DNA of 64,000 bases, from positions 1 to 64,000 of the forward strand of contig JBIOWP010000053.1 of NCBI GenBank assembly GCA_044868695.1, written 5' to 3'. Positions 47,198 through 55,812 of this stretch are shown one piece after another. A program made the translations under genes and the position numbers. The notes beneath the pieces are model-generated. The model saw only the letters and a list, made by a program, of their open reading frames with translations. It was not told where the DNA came from and ran no database searches. The stretch's first letter is position 1; each line of letters opens with the position of its first letter. This DNA comes from a bacterium. GTDB lineage: Bacteria; Sysuimicrobiota; Sysuimicrobiia; Sysuimicrobiales; Kaftiobacteriaceae.

Positions 47198-48304
47198 GTG
47201 ACACTCATGACGCCGCTTACGGTTGCTCTGGTGGCACCGACGATGGAGCTCCTGGGGGGCAACACCATTCAGGCCTACGCGCTTGCCCAGGCCCTGCGTG
47301 CCGAGGGGTGCGAGGTCGCGTTCGTCCCGATCAATCCCCGCTTTCCCCGTGGGGTCAGCTGGCTCCGCCGGTACCGGTACGTGCGCACCGTGGTAAACGA
47401 GGCCCTGTATGTGCCGACCCTCCTCCGGATCCGCGGTGCCAATGTCACGCACATCGTTTCGGCAGCTGGATCCTCTTTCATCGTCGCATCACTCCCGGCG
47501 ATCCTGGCCGCGCGGATGCTCGGTACTCGAGTGGTGCTGCACTACCACTCGGGCAAAGGTCCCGACCACCTGGCGCGGTGGGGCCCGCTGGTGCATCCCT
47601 GGCTGCGCCTGGTCGATGAGATCGTCGTTCCCTCCGAGTACTTGCGATCGGTGTTTGCCCAACATGGCTACCGGGTGCGCGTCATCAGGAACATCATCGA
47701 CACCGCCCAGTTCGCGTACCGGGAGCGGCGGACGCTGCGTCCCCGACTGCTCTCCACCCGCGCCCTCGAACCTCTGTATCGCGTGGACAACACGCTTGAA
47801 GCGTTCTTCCGCGTGCAGGCGCGGTTTCCGAACGCCACCCTGACCCTCGCGGGATACGGCACCGAGGAGGGCCGACTCCGCCGGCTGGCCGCTTTGTCTG
47901 GGACGGACGGAGTCCGATTCGTCGGACGCATTGAGCCCGAGGCCATGCCTCGTCTGCTGAACGAAGCGGACGTGTTCGTCAACTCGTCCGTCATCGACAA
48001 CCAGCCGGTGTCTGTGCTCGAGGCCTTCGCGGCGGGCCTGCCGGTTGTCTCGACCAACCCCGGCGATCTTGCCGCCCTCGTTCGCAACGGCGAGACCGGT
48101 CTCGTCGTTCCGCCTGAGGATCCGGGCGCGATGGCCGATGCGGTCACGCGGCTCCTGAACGACATCGAATACGCGATGACCCTCTCGCAGAGAGCCCGCC
48201 ACGAGGTCGAGCGGTACACATGGCCGCACGTGCGTCACGAATGGGCGGCCGCATACGCGGGGAATGGCCGCGCGGGCGGGGGGCTCGGGTCGCCACCGGC
48301 ATGA
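47198..48304 (+). CDS. glycosyltransferase family 4
   Basis: ADVFVNSS..DNQPVSVLEAFAAGLPVVST, GETGLVV. Confidence 0.9.
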   Translation: MTLMTPLTVALVAPTMELLGGNTIQAYALAQALRAEGCEVAFVPINPRFPRGVSWLRRYRYVRTVVNEALYVPTLLRIRGANVTHIVSAAGSSFIVASLPAILAARMLGTRVVLHYHSGKGPDHLARWGPLVHPWLRLVDEIVVPSEYLRSVFAQHGYRVRVIRNIIDTAQFAYRERRTLRPRLLSTRALEPLYRVDNTLEAFFRVQARFPNATLTLAGYGTEEGRLRRLAALSGTDGVRFVGRIEPEAMPRLLNEADVFVNSSVIDNQPVSVLEAFAAGLPVVSTNPGDLAALVRNGETGLVVPPEDPGAMADAVTRLLNDIEYAMTLSQRARHEVERYTWPHVRHEWAAAYAGNGRAGGGLGSPPA

Positions 48305-50412
48305 GGCTGGAACGCGTGCTACAGATGCCGGTCACCGAGATTGCCGGTCGGGGACGTCAGGAGGCGGCGAAATGGCTGGACCGTGTGGCCGCCGTCGCGA
48401 GTACGCGGCCGGCCCGCATCCACCCGCCGAGCGTGGGTGTCGATCCCACACGCTTCTTCGAGGGCGCCGCGAGCCCGGACACGACGGCGTTCGTAATCGC
48501 GCAGCTCCCTGGGAGTGTTGATCGGGCCATCGTCACGGCGGACGCGGTCTGCCGGGGCCGGTTCGATCTCCTGGGCTACCGGGACCTGATCTTCGGCGAT
48601 CCCGTGGACTGGCACCTGGATCCCGTCTCGCGCCGCCGTGCGCCCCTGGTGCACTGGAGCCGCCTCAATCCCCTTGACGCGGCCGCCGTCGGGGACAGCA
48701 AAGTGATCTGGGAGTTGAACCGCCACCAGTGGCTCCTGCATCTCGGGCAGGCGTACCGAATCACCGGGGACGAGCGCTACGCAGACACTTTTGCCCGCTA
48801 CGTGCGCGACTGGACGCGGGCCAATCCCACCGGCCTGGGCATCAACTGGGCGAGCAGCCTCGAGGTCGCGTTCAGGATGATCTCCTGGTGTTGGGCCTTG
48901 ATGTTGTTTCACGGCTCCCCCACGCTGTCCGGCGGCCTCTTTGGCCAGATGCTCATTGGGATCGAGGCCCATGCCCGCCACGTCGAGCGGTATCTCTCGC
49001 ACTACTTCGCGCCCAATACCCATCTGACCGGCGAAGCGCTCGGGCTCTTCTACGCCGGTGTGCTCTTTCCAGACCTGCGCCGTGCAAAACGGTGGAAGGA
49101 ACTTGGGACGGGAATTCTTGTCACACAGTGCGACCGCCACATCCTGCCGGACGGCGTGTACTTTGAACAGTCCACGTGGTATCAACGCTACACGGCTGAC
49201 ATCTACCTTCACTTTCTGATCCTGGCCGCACGGAATGGCGTCGGTGTTCCGGATACGGTACGAGACCGGGTCTGTCGGCTGCTTGACTTCCTTGTCGCCG
49301 TTCGCCGCCCCGACGGATCGATGCCGCTCATCGGCGACGCCGATGGGGGGTGGCTCCTCCCGCTGGTGCCGAGGGACGCCGGCGACCTCCGAGGCACGAT
49401 GGCACTGGCGGCGGCGTTCTTCGCCCGCCCCGACTATGCCTGGGCGGCCGACGGCCGGGCCCCCGAAGTCTTGTGGATACTGGGGGCGGCCGGGCAGAAA
49501 GCGTTCGCGGCCCTCGATCCGCGGCCGCCGGATGCGGCGCCGTCGCGGCTCTTCTCTGACGGCGGCTATGCCATCATGCAGACCGGATGGGAGCGGGAGG
49601 CCCACCAGCTGGTCCTCGACGCCGGACCGTTCGGTGCGGTCAACGGCGGGCATGGGCACGCGGACCTTCTGAGCCTTCAGTGCTCGGTCTTTGGAGAGCC
49701 CTTCCTCGTCGACCCGGGCACGGATGGCTACACGGTGGACCCACAGTGGCGCGATTTTTTCCGCGGCACTGCGGCTCATTCGACCGTGCGGATAGATTCC
49801 CGTCCGCAGGCCATCCCTGGCGGGCCCTTCAAGTGGGAATCGCGGCCTCGGGCCCGCCTGCGTCGATGGGTGTCCACGCAGACCATGGACTTTGCCGACG
49901 CGGAGCACGACGCTTACCACCGCCTTCCCGATCCGGTGACGCACCGGCGCCGGGTGCTCTTCGTGAAGCCCCGGTACTGGGTGGTCGTCGATGACCTCGT
50001 CGGAGCGAGCGAGCACCGGGTTGACCTCCAGTTCCAGTTCGCGCCAATGGATGTGATCGCGGATTCGACCCTGTGGGCCCGCGCCGTTGGCCGGCGAGAT
50101 CGAGGCCTGCTGATCCGGGCGTTCTCGTCCGCAGCCCTGACGGCCAAGGTGTGGGAAGGCCAGGTGGGCCGGCCGGGAGGCTGGGTATCGCCGGACTACG
50201 GCCGGCGCCATCCGGCGCCAGTCCTGACGTACTCCACTTTCGCACGCCTGCCCCTGAGGGTCGTGACACTCTTCCTGCCCGCGGACAACCCTTCGGCGCC
50301 CCTACCCCGGGTGTCGGGATCGTGCGGCGGCCCGGCAGACCCGACGGTGCTCGTGTTCGATGACACGGGCGAGGCGGTGGTCGTAGGGGACGACGATATC
50401 CATGTCGCATGA
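48301..50412 (+). CDS. heparinase II/III-like (alginate-lyase fold) protein
   Basis: WELNRHQW, GINWASSLE, NTHL, GHGHADLL, LVDPGT, AAHSTV. Confidence 0.88.
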   Translation: MRLERVLQMPVTEIAGRGRQEAAKWLDRVAAVASTRPARIHPPSVGVDPTRFFEGAASPDTTAFVIAQLPGSVDRAIVTADAVCRGRFDLLGYRDLIFGDPVDWHLDPVSRRRAPLVHWSRLNPLDAAAVGDSKVIWELNRHQWLLHLGQAYRITGDERYADTFARYVRDWTRANPTGLGINWASSLEVAFRMISWCWALMLFHGSPTLSGGLFGQMLIGIEAHARHVERYLSHYFAPNTHLTGEALGLFYAGVLFPDLRRAKRWKELGTGILVTQCDRHILPDGVYFEQSTWYQRYTADIYLHFLILAARNGVGVPDTVRDRVCRLLDFLVAVRRPDGSMPLIGDADGGWLLPLVPRDAGDLRGTMALAAAFFARPDYAWAADGRAPEVLWILGAAGQKAFAALDPRPPDAAPSRLFSDGGYAIMQTGWEREAHQLVLDAGPFGAVNGGHGHADLLSLQCSVFGEPFLVDPGTDGYTVDPQWRDFFRGTAAHSTVRIDSRPQAIPGGPFKWESRPRARLRRWVSTQTMDFADAEHDAYHRLPDPVTHRRRVLFVKPRYWVVVDDLVGASEHRVDLQFQFAPMDVIADSTLWARAVGRRDRGLLIRAFSSAALTAKVWEGQVGRPGGWVSPDYGRRHPAPVLTYSTFARLPLRVVTLFLPADNPSAPLPRVSGSCGGPADPTVLVFDDTGEAVVVGDDDIHVA

Positions 50413-51985
50413 GGGTGGGGCCGAGATGTATACCATCCGCGACGTGTTGACGCTGCAGTCCGAGAATCTGCGGGCTGATCACATCGCTGTGGTGGACGGG
50501 GTCAGGCGCCTGACTTACGGAGAGCTGCAGGCGTGCGCCCGGCGCTTCGGCACGCTACTCACAGAAGCAGGCGTGCGCAGGGGTGATCGCGTCGCCATCT
50601 TCTTGCCACGCTCGGTTGACGCGGTGACCGCGCTGTTTGGGACGTGGTTCGCCGGCGGCGTGGCGGTCGTGATCAACGAGCACCTGCGCGCGCAGCAAGT
50701 CAACCACGTCCTCGCCCACAGCGGGGCCGGGTGCGTGGTGACCGACAGCAGACAACTGCGCTCTCTGTCACATCCCCTGCGGGGTTCGGTGACTCTTGTC
50801 AACGTCGACCAGGTCGAGCTGCCGCATGCGCCACACGCTCCGGAGCCGGTCATCGGAGCAGATCTCGCCCTGTTGATTTACACGTCGGGCTCGACGGGGC
50901 TGCCCAAAGGCGTGATGGTGAGCCACGATAACCTGCTGGCCGGCGCCCGCATCGTGTCGGACTACCTGCGCCTCACCGAGCGGGACGTGATCCTGAGCTT
51001 GATGCCGTTCAGTTTCGACTACGGCCTCAATCAACTGCTGACCGCGGTCTGGGTGGGGGGGACGCTGGTGGTTCAGCGATCGTTGTTCCCCCCGGACATT
51101 TGCGCCGCGCTTGAGCGGGAGGAGGTCACGGGAGTGGCGGCTGTGCCGACGCTGTGGCTGCAGCTGACCGGCAGACAGTCACCCTTCCTCCACCGGGCGT
51201 TGCCGCGGCTGCGGTATCTCACCAACACCGGTGGACGGCTGCCCGAGCGCACCGTGCGGTCGATCCGGGCCGCCCATCCGCACGTTCAGGTGTACCTGAT
51301 GTACGGGCTGACGGAGGCATTCAGATCTACCTACCTCCCACCGGACCAGGTGGACCTTCGGCCATCGTCCATCGGAAAGGCGATCCCCAACGTGGAGATC
51401 TGCGTGATCAACGAGGAAGGCAGGCCCTGTGCGCCCGGCGAGGTCGGCGAGCTGGTGCATCGCGGCGCAACCGTGACCCTGGGGTACTGGCGCGACCCCG
51501 ACGCCACCGCGCGGGTATTCCGGCCTCACCCTCTGGAGCCGTTCCGCAACGGGAGCCGGGAGCTCGTCGTCTACTCCGGCGACCTCGTGAAGATGGACGG
51601 GGATGGGTACCTGTACTACGTCGGACGGCGGGACCAGTTGATCAAATCACGCGGGTTTCGCGTCAGTCCCGAGGAGATTGAACGCTGCATCGGGTCGTCG
51701 GGTCTCGTCACCAACGTGGTGGCCTTTGCGGAGCCCAGGGACGAGGGGGACAGCGAGATCGTGATCGCCGTGCTTCCGAACAGCCCAGACGCCTTCCGCG
51801 AAGAGGCCCTGCGGGAGTTCTGCAACGTCGAGATGCCGGAGTACATGCAGCCGCAGGTGATCTGGCAGATGGACCAATTTCCGCTGACCACATCCGGGAA
51901 ACCGGACCGCGGCAGAATACAGGAGATGTACCGTGCGCGACACGAGCGACCTATACAAGTTGCTGGAACCGCAAGAACGGCTTGA
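50402..51985 (+). CDS. AMP-forming acyl ligase (resembles the exosortase-A-locus acyl-CoA ligase)
   Basis: YTSGSTGLPKG, SFDYGLNQL, MYGLTEAFRSTYL, SGDL, GFRVSPEEIE, SGKPDR. Confidence 0.88.
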   Translation: MSHEGGAEMYTIRDVLTLQSENLRADHIAVVDGVRRLTYGELQACARRFGTLLTEAGVRRGDRVAIFLPRSVDAVTALFGTWFAGGVAVVINEHLRAQQVNHVLAHSGAGCVVTDSRQLRSLSHPLRGSVTLVNVDQVELPHAPHAPEPVIGADLALLIYTSGSTGLPKGVMVSHDNLLAGARIVSDYLRLTERDVILSLMPFSFDYGLNQLLTAVWVGGTLVVQRSLFPPDICAALEREEVTGVAAVPTLWLQLTGRQSPFLHRALPRLRYLTNTGGRLPERTVRSIRAAHPHVQVYLMYGLTEAFRSTYLPPDQVDLRPSSIGKAIPNVEICVINEEGRPCAPGEVGELVHRGATVTLGYWRDPDATARVFRPHPLEPFRNGSRELVVYSGDLVKMDGDGYLYYVGRRDQLIKSRGFRVSPEEIERCIGSSGLVTNVVAFAEPRDEGDSEIVIAVLPNSPDAFREEALREFCNVEMPEYMQPQVIWQMDQFPLTTSGKPDRGRIQEMYRARHERPIQVAGTARTA

Positions 51986-53108
51986 CCGTCTCATCACGTC
52001 GACGTTCAAGCGCTTCGGGCCCCGGGCGGTCGATTTGTCCTATGCGAACCCGGCCGAGGGGCCAGACGCCCAGGTGCGTGGGGCGCTCGCGCGTGCGGCC
52101 GCTGAGATGGACGGGCTGGCGTTTCAATACACCCCGTACGGCGGGAACACCGTGACCCGCCGCGCGATCGCGTCCCAGTTGAGCCGGGAGTACGAGCTCG
52201 CTTTCCACTACCGCGATGTCATCATGACCACCGGCGCCATGACGGCATTGAACGTCGTGTTCCACGGGCTCTGCGGGCCGCAGGACGAAGTCATGGTGCT
52301 TACGCCCTGCTGGCAGGACTACCCGCTGTACCTTCGCAACCTAGGCGTGCCCTTCTCCTTCGTGGGCCTCAAAGACGACAAACATCTCGACATCGACGGC
52401 ATCGGCCGGGCGCTCAATGAGACGACCAAGGCAGTGCTCCTCAGCCAGCCGTGCTGCCCGACGGGGGTGCTGTACGCCCAGGACGAGCTCGATGCCCTGT
52501 CGGCGCTGCTGGCCGCCGCGGAGGCTCGATTCGGCACGACGATCTACCTGATCAGCGACGAGGTCTACCGCCACATCGTCTGGAGCAGGAAACCATTCTA
52601 CAGCCCGTTGCTGAGTTATCCCCGCAGTCTCAGCATCTATTCATTTGGCAAGGCCCTCGCGCTTCAGGGACAGCGTATCGGGTACATCGCGGTGTCGCCC
52701 CGCGCCCCCGAGCGGAGCGAGGTCAGGGAACTGCTGCTGCGATGCGTCAGGCTCATGGGCTTCTGCACGCCGACCAGTTTGATGCAGCGTGCCGTGTGCG
52801 ACCTGCTGGACTACAGGCCGCGCCTGGACGGGCTGGCGGAAAAGCAGGCGTTTGTGAGGCGCATGATCGGCGGCTACGGGTATCAGGTGTGCGACGCCGA
52901 CGCGGCCTTCTATGTCTATGCCAGGTCGCCGGTCCCCGACGACTTCACGTTCGCTGAGCAGCTCGCCTCGCGGGGGGTGATGGTCATGCCGTCGACACTG
53001 TTCCACGAACCCGGGTTTGTGCGCCTGTCCTTAACCGCCCGGGTCGAGGCGATCGAGGCGGGACTGCCGGCGTTCGCCAGCGTCCTCCAGCCCCGCGTGG
53101 CAGTGTAG
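51933..53108 (+). CDS. PLP-dependent aminotransferase class I/II
   Basis: ISDEVY, SFGKALALQGQRIG, FVRLS. Confidence 0.88.
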   Translation: MRDTSDLYKLLEPQERLDRLITSTFKRFGPRAVDLSYANPAEGPDAQVRGALARAAAEMDGLAFQYTPYGGNTVTRRAIASQLSREYELAFHYRDVIMTTGAMTALNVVFHGLCGPQDEVMVLTPCWQDYPLYLRNLGVPFSFVGLKDDKHLDIDGIGRALNETTKAVLLSQPCCPTGVLYAQDELDALSALLAAAEARFGTTIYLISDEVYRHIVWSRKPFYSPLLSYPRSLSIYSFGKALALQGQRIGYIAVSPRAPERSEVRELLLRCVRLMGFCTPTSLMQRAVCDLLDYRPRLDGLAEKQAFVRRMIGGYGYQVCDADAAFYVYARSPVPDDFTFAEQLASRGVMVMPSTLFHEPGFVRLSLTARVEAIEAGLPAFASVLQPRVAV

Positions 53109-53110
53109 CG

Positions 53111-54442
53111 ATGCTTCAGTCCACGCTGCGCGTCCGGAACTTCTGCTGGCAGAGGGGATCGTTTGCGCCCTCCGTGAACGACACAGCGCCGGCCGAACTG
53201 GCAGAGTGGACAGGGCCGTTTTCGCTGGCCGTCGTGGGGCCCCAGGGCCGCGTGACGCTGGCGCGGGACCGGCTGGGCATCAACAAGCTGTTCTTCGCCA
53301 TCCACGAGACGGGCAGGGTGGCGGGCGCAAACTACCTGGTTGATCTCGTGGGGCAAGGGATCCCCTGTGAGGCCATCTACTCCGTGCCGGCCGGGCATGT
53401 GGTTGAGGTCGACGTAGGAGACCGGGCCGTATCGTCGAGCCGCTTCGCGGGGACCGATCCCGTACCACAACCAGGCGGCGCCGGAGTGAAAGACATTGCA
53501 CGGGGTATCCGCAGGGACCTCGAGGGCTGGTTCGCCCGGCTCGCCGAGCAGTTCACCGGGCGGAGGATCTGCGTCTGCCTGTCCGGAGGTCTTGACAGCG
53601 GTGTGATTGCGGCCCTGGCGAGGGAGTATTTCCGGGACGTCACCGCCTACACCTATGGGTATATGGAGGCGGGCGCAGTCCACAGCGAGGACGTGAGGTA
53701 TGCGGAGCGGCTGGCCCACGCGCTGCGGATCCCGTTCCGGCTCGTGGCCGCGTCGGCCGAGGACGTGCACGCGGCGGTGGATGACGCCGTGTGCTATGGG
53801 CAGGACTGGCGGGACTTCAACGTACACTGCGCCATCGTGAACGAGATCCTGGCCCGCGCAATCCGCCGCGACGCGGAGGACAGCGGCGCCGGATTGTCCC
53901 CGTTGATCCTGACAGGCGACCTGGCCAACGAATTTCTTGCCGACTACGCGGCGGTCTCGTACCGTGGCCGCGAGTATTACCGCCTGCCCAGGCTGAGTCC
54001 CGGGGAGTTGCGGTCCGTGCTGATTCAGGGCCTGGACGCGGGAGACCGGGAGGTGGGCGTCTTCAACCACCACGGGCTTGAGGTCATTCAACCGTACGGC
54101 CTCGTCGTTGACCGGTATCTGGCCCTGCCGGGATCGTTTCTCGGGCGGGCGCGGGCCAAGCAGGCGCTGGGCGGCGCGATCGCGGGGGATCTGCTCCCGC
54201 GCTTTGTCTTTGATCGCGTCAAGGTCAGAGCCCAGATCGGTAGCTCGACGGAGCCTACAGGGATTCTCCCGGTGCTCATCGATGCCGGCTTCGATGCGGG
54301 AAGGTTGCGCGAGGTCTTTTGCCGGCTGTTCAAGGTCGAGGACCAGGCGTTTCTCAGCAGGTTTGTCCGCGCCGGGCGGTACCGTGCCATGAACCAATTT
54401 CCTCTCAAGGAGACCTGGATCGATGGCTATCTCGCAGCCTGA
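53111..54442 (+). CDS. asparagine-synthetase-like ATP-dependent amide ligase without the catalytic N-terminal Cys
   Basis: LARDRLGINKLF, LSGGLDS, LTGDLANE; N-terminus MLQST. Confidence 0.75.
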   Translation: MLQSTLRVRNFCWQRGSFAPSVNDTAPAELAEWTGPFSLAVVGPQGRVTLARDRLGINKLFFAIHETGRVAGANYLVDLVGQGIPCEAIYSVPAGHVVEVDVGDRAVSSSRFAGTDPVPQPGGAGVKDIARGIRRDLEGWFARLAEQFTGRRICVCLSGGLDSGVIAALAREYFRDVTAYTYGYMEAGAVHSEDVRYAERLAHALRIPFRLVAASAEDVHAAVDDAVCYGQDWRDFNVHCAIVNEILARAIRRDAEDSGAGLSPLILTGDLANEFLADYAAVSYRGREYYRLPRLSPGELRSVLIQGLDAGDREVGVFNHHGLEVIQPYGLVVDRYLALPGSFLGRARAKQALGGAIAGDLLPRFVFDRVKVRAQIGSSTEPTGILPVLIDAGFDAGRLREVFCRLFKVEDQAFLSRFVRAGRYRAMNQFPLKETWIDGYLAA

Positions 54443-54686
54443 TGTGGCCCGCACGATTGAGACGTTTATCCGGAAGGAATTCCGCGTCATACCGGACGAC
54501 CCCCAGTTCTCGTGGGACGCGCATCTGTTCGAGTTGGGTTATGTGGACTCCGTAGGGGTCGTCGAGCTCATTGCCTTCATCGAATCCACCTTTCGGGTCA
54601 AGCTCGCTGACGAGCATATCTTCAGCGAACGCTTCACGACCATCAACGGGATCAGCAGCGTCGTCAGTGTGTGCACGGTGGGATGA
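54423..54686 (+). CDS. carrier protein 2
   Basis: LFELGYVDSVGVVELIAFIE..F. Confidence 0.88.
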   Translation: MAISQPDVARTIETFIRKEFRVIPDDPQFSWDAHLFELGYVDSVGVVELIAFIESTFRVKLADEHIFSERFTTINGISSVVSVCTVG

Positions 54687-55774
54687 GCGTCGTCAGGCCG
54701 TTCGTCGCGGCTGATATCCCACACGTCGCAGACTTGCATCGCCGGGTCTTTCACACTGCGGAGCCCACCGTCCCGGGATGGATGGAGTCCTACCAGAGGT
54801 ATTTCTTGGATGTGTTCCTCAGCAACCCGCTGGGTGATGACACGCTGACCTCGCTCGTGTGCGAGGACTCGTCTGGAACGATCGTCGGCTTCCTCGGGGT
54901 GGCGCCGCGGCGGATGGTGTTCAAAGGCCGGCCGATACTGGCGGCGGTATGTTCGCAGTTCGTGGTCGATCCGGCCCGGCGCGGGCAGGTGGGGCTTCGC
55001 ATGGTGAAGCACTGCCTGGGCGGTCCGCAAGACCTCTCGTTGACCGACGAGGCAGAGGACGGCACCGGGAAGATCTGGCAGTGGTGTGGCGGTGCCACGG
55101 CGCTCTTATACAGCATGCACTGGATCCGGCCGCTGCGGCCGGCCCGGGCCGCGCTCGCCGTCCTCCGCAGGCGGACGCCTCTCGCGTGGGCCGCCGGCAT
55201 GTCCGCGCCCGCGGCACGGGTCATAGATGCCCTCGCCACCAGGGCATCGTGGAATCCGTTTCGCCTCTCGCCGACTCAGGGATCCACCGAAGACCTGGAC
55301 GAGGCGATGCTGCCGGCCTGGCTTCCTGAGCTGGCGGCTGCGCGTACGCTTCGTCCCGCCTATGACGATCAATTGGTGAAGTGGATGCTGCAGCGGGCGG
55401 GTCAGCGGCGGGGGCACGGGCAGTTCCGGAAGGTCCTGGTGCGGGACGACGCGCGCGGCATCGCGGGATGGTACCTGTACTACCGCAACCCCGGCGGGTT
55501 CAGCGAGGTGCTGCAGGTGGCGGCGAAGCCGCACACCGTCCGGTCGGTCCTGGACCATCTCTTCGATGATGCCGCGCGCCAGGGCGCCATCGCCCTGACC
55601 GGACGGCTCGATCCGGCCTTTGCAGCGGAGCTGTCAGAGAAGTCCTGTCTCTTGCACCGCCATGGCTATTCAATGCTCATCCACTCGAGCCACCCCGAAT
55701 TGTTGGACGCCGTACTCACCGGCGATGCCTTCCTGACGCGACTTGAGGGCGAGTGGTGTCTGCGGTTCCAATAA
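54683..55774 (+). CDS. GNAT-fold transferase 2 (paralogue of 38043-39146)
   Basis: IVGFLGV, SQFVVDPARR, DAFLTRLEGEWCLRFQ. Confidence 0.7.
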   Translation: MSVVRPFVAADIPHVADLHRRVFHTAEPTVPGWMESYQRYFLDVFLSNPLGDDTLTSLVCEDSSGTIVGFLGVAPRRMVFKGRPILAAVCSQFVVDPARRGQVGLRMVKHCLGGPQDLSLTDEAEDGTGKIWQWCGGATALLYSMHWIRPLRPARAALAVLRRRTPLAWAAGMSAPAARVIDALATRASWNPFRLSPTQGSTEDLDEAMLPAWLPELAAARTLRPAYDDQLVKWMLQRAGQRRGHGQFRKVLVRDDARGIAGWYLYYRNPGGFSEVLQVAAKPHTVRSVLDHLFDDAARQGAIALTGRLDPAFAAELSEKSCLLHRHGYSMLIHSSHPELLDAVLTGDAFLTRLEGEWCLRFQ

Positions 55775-55812
55775 CCTCTCCGCCGCGAGCAGGATCGCCG
55801 CACGGGAACCCC

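Noticed and set aside
10457..50211. Long antisense or alternate-frame ORFs (e.g. 10457-12136, 18148-20262, 22950-25301, 48319-50211)
   Set aside because: They shadow well-supported genes, are Arg/Pro/Gly-rich without domain motifs, and are expected at this GC content.
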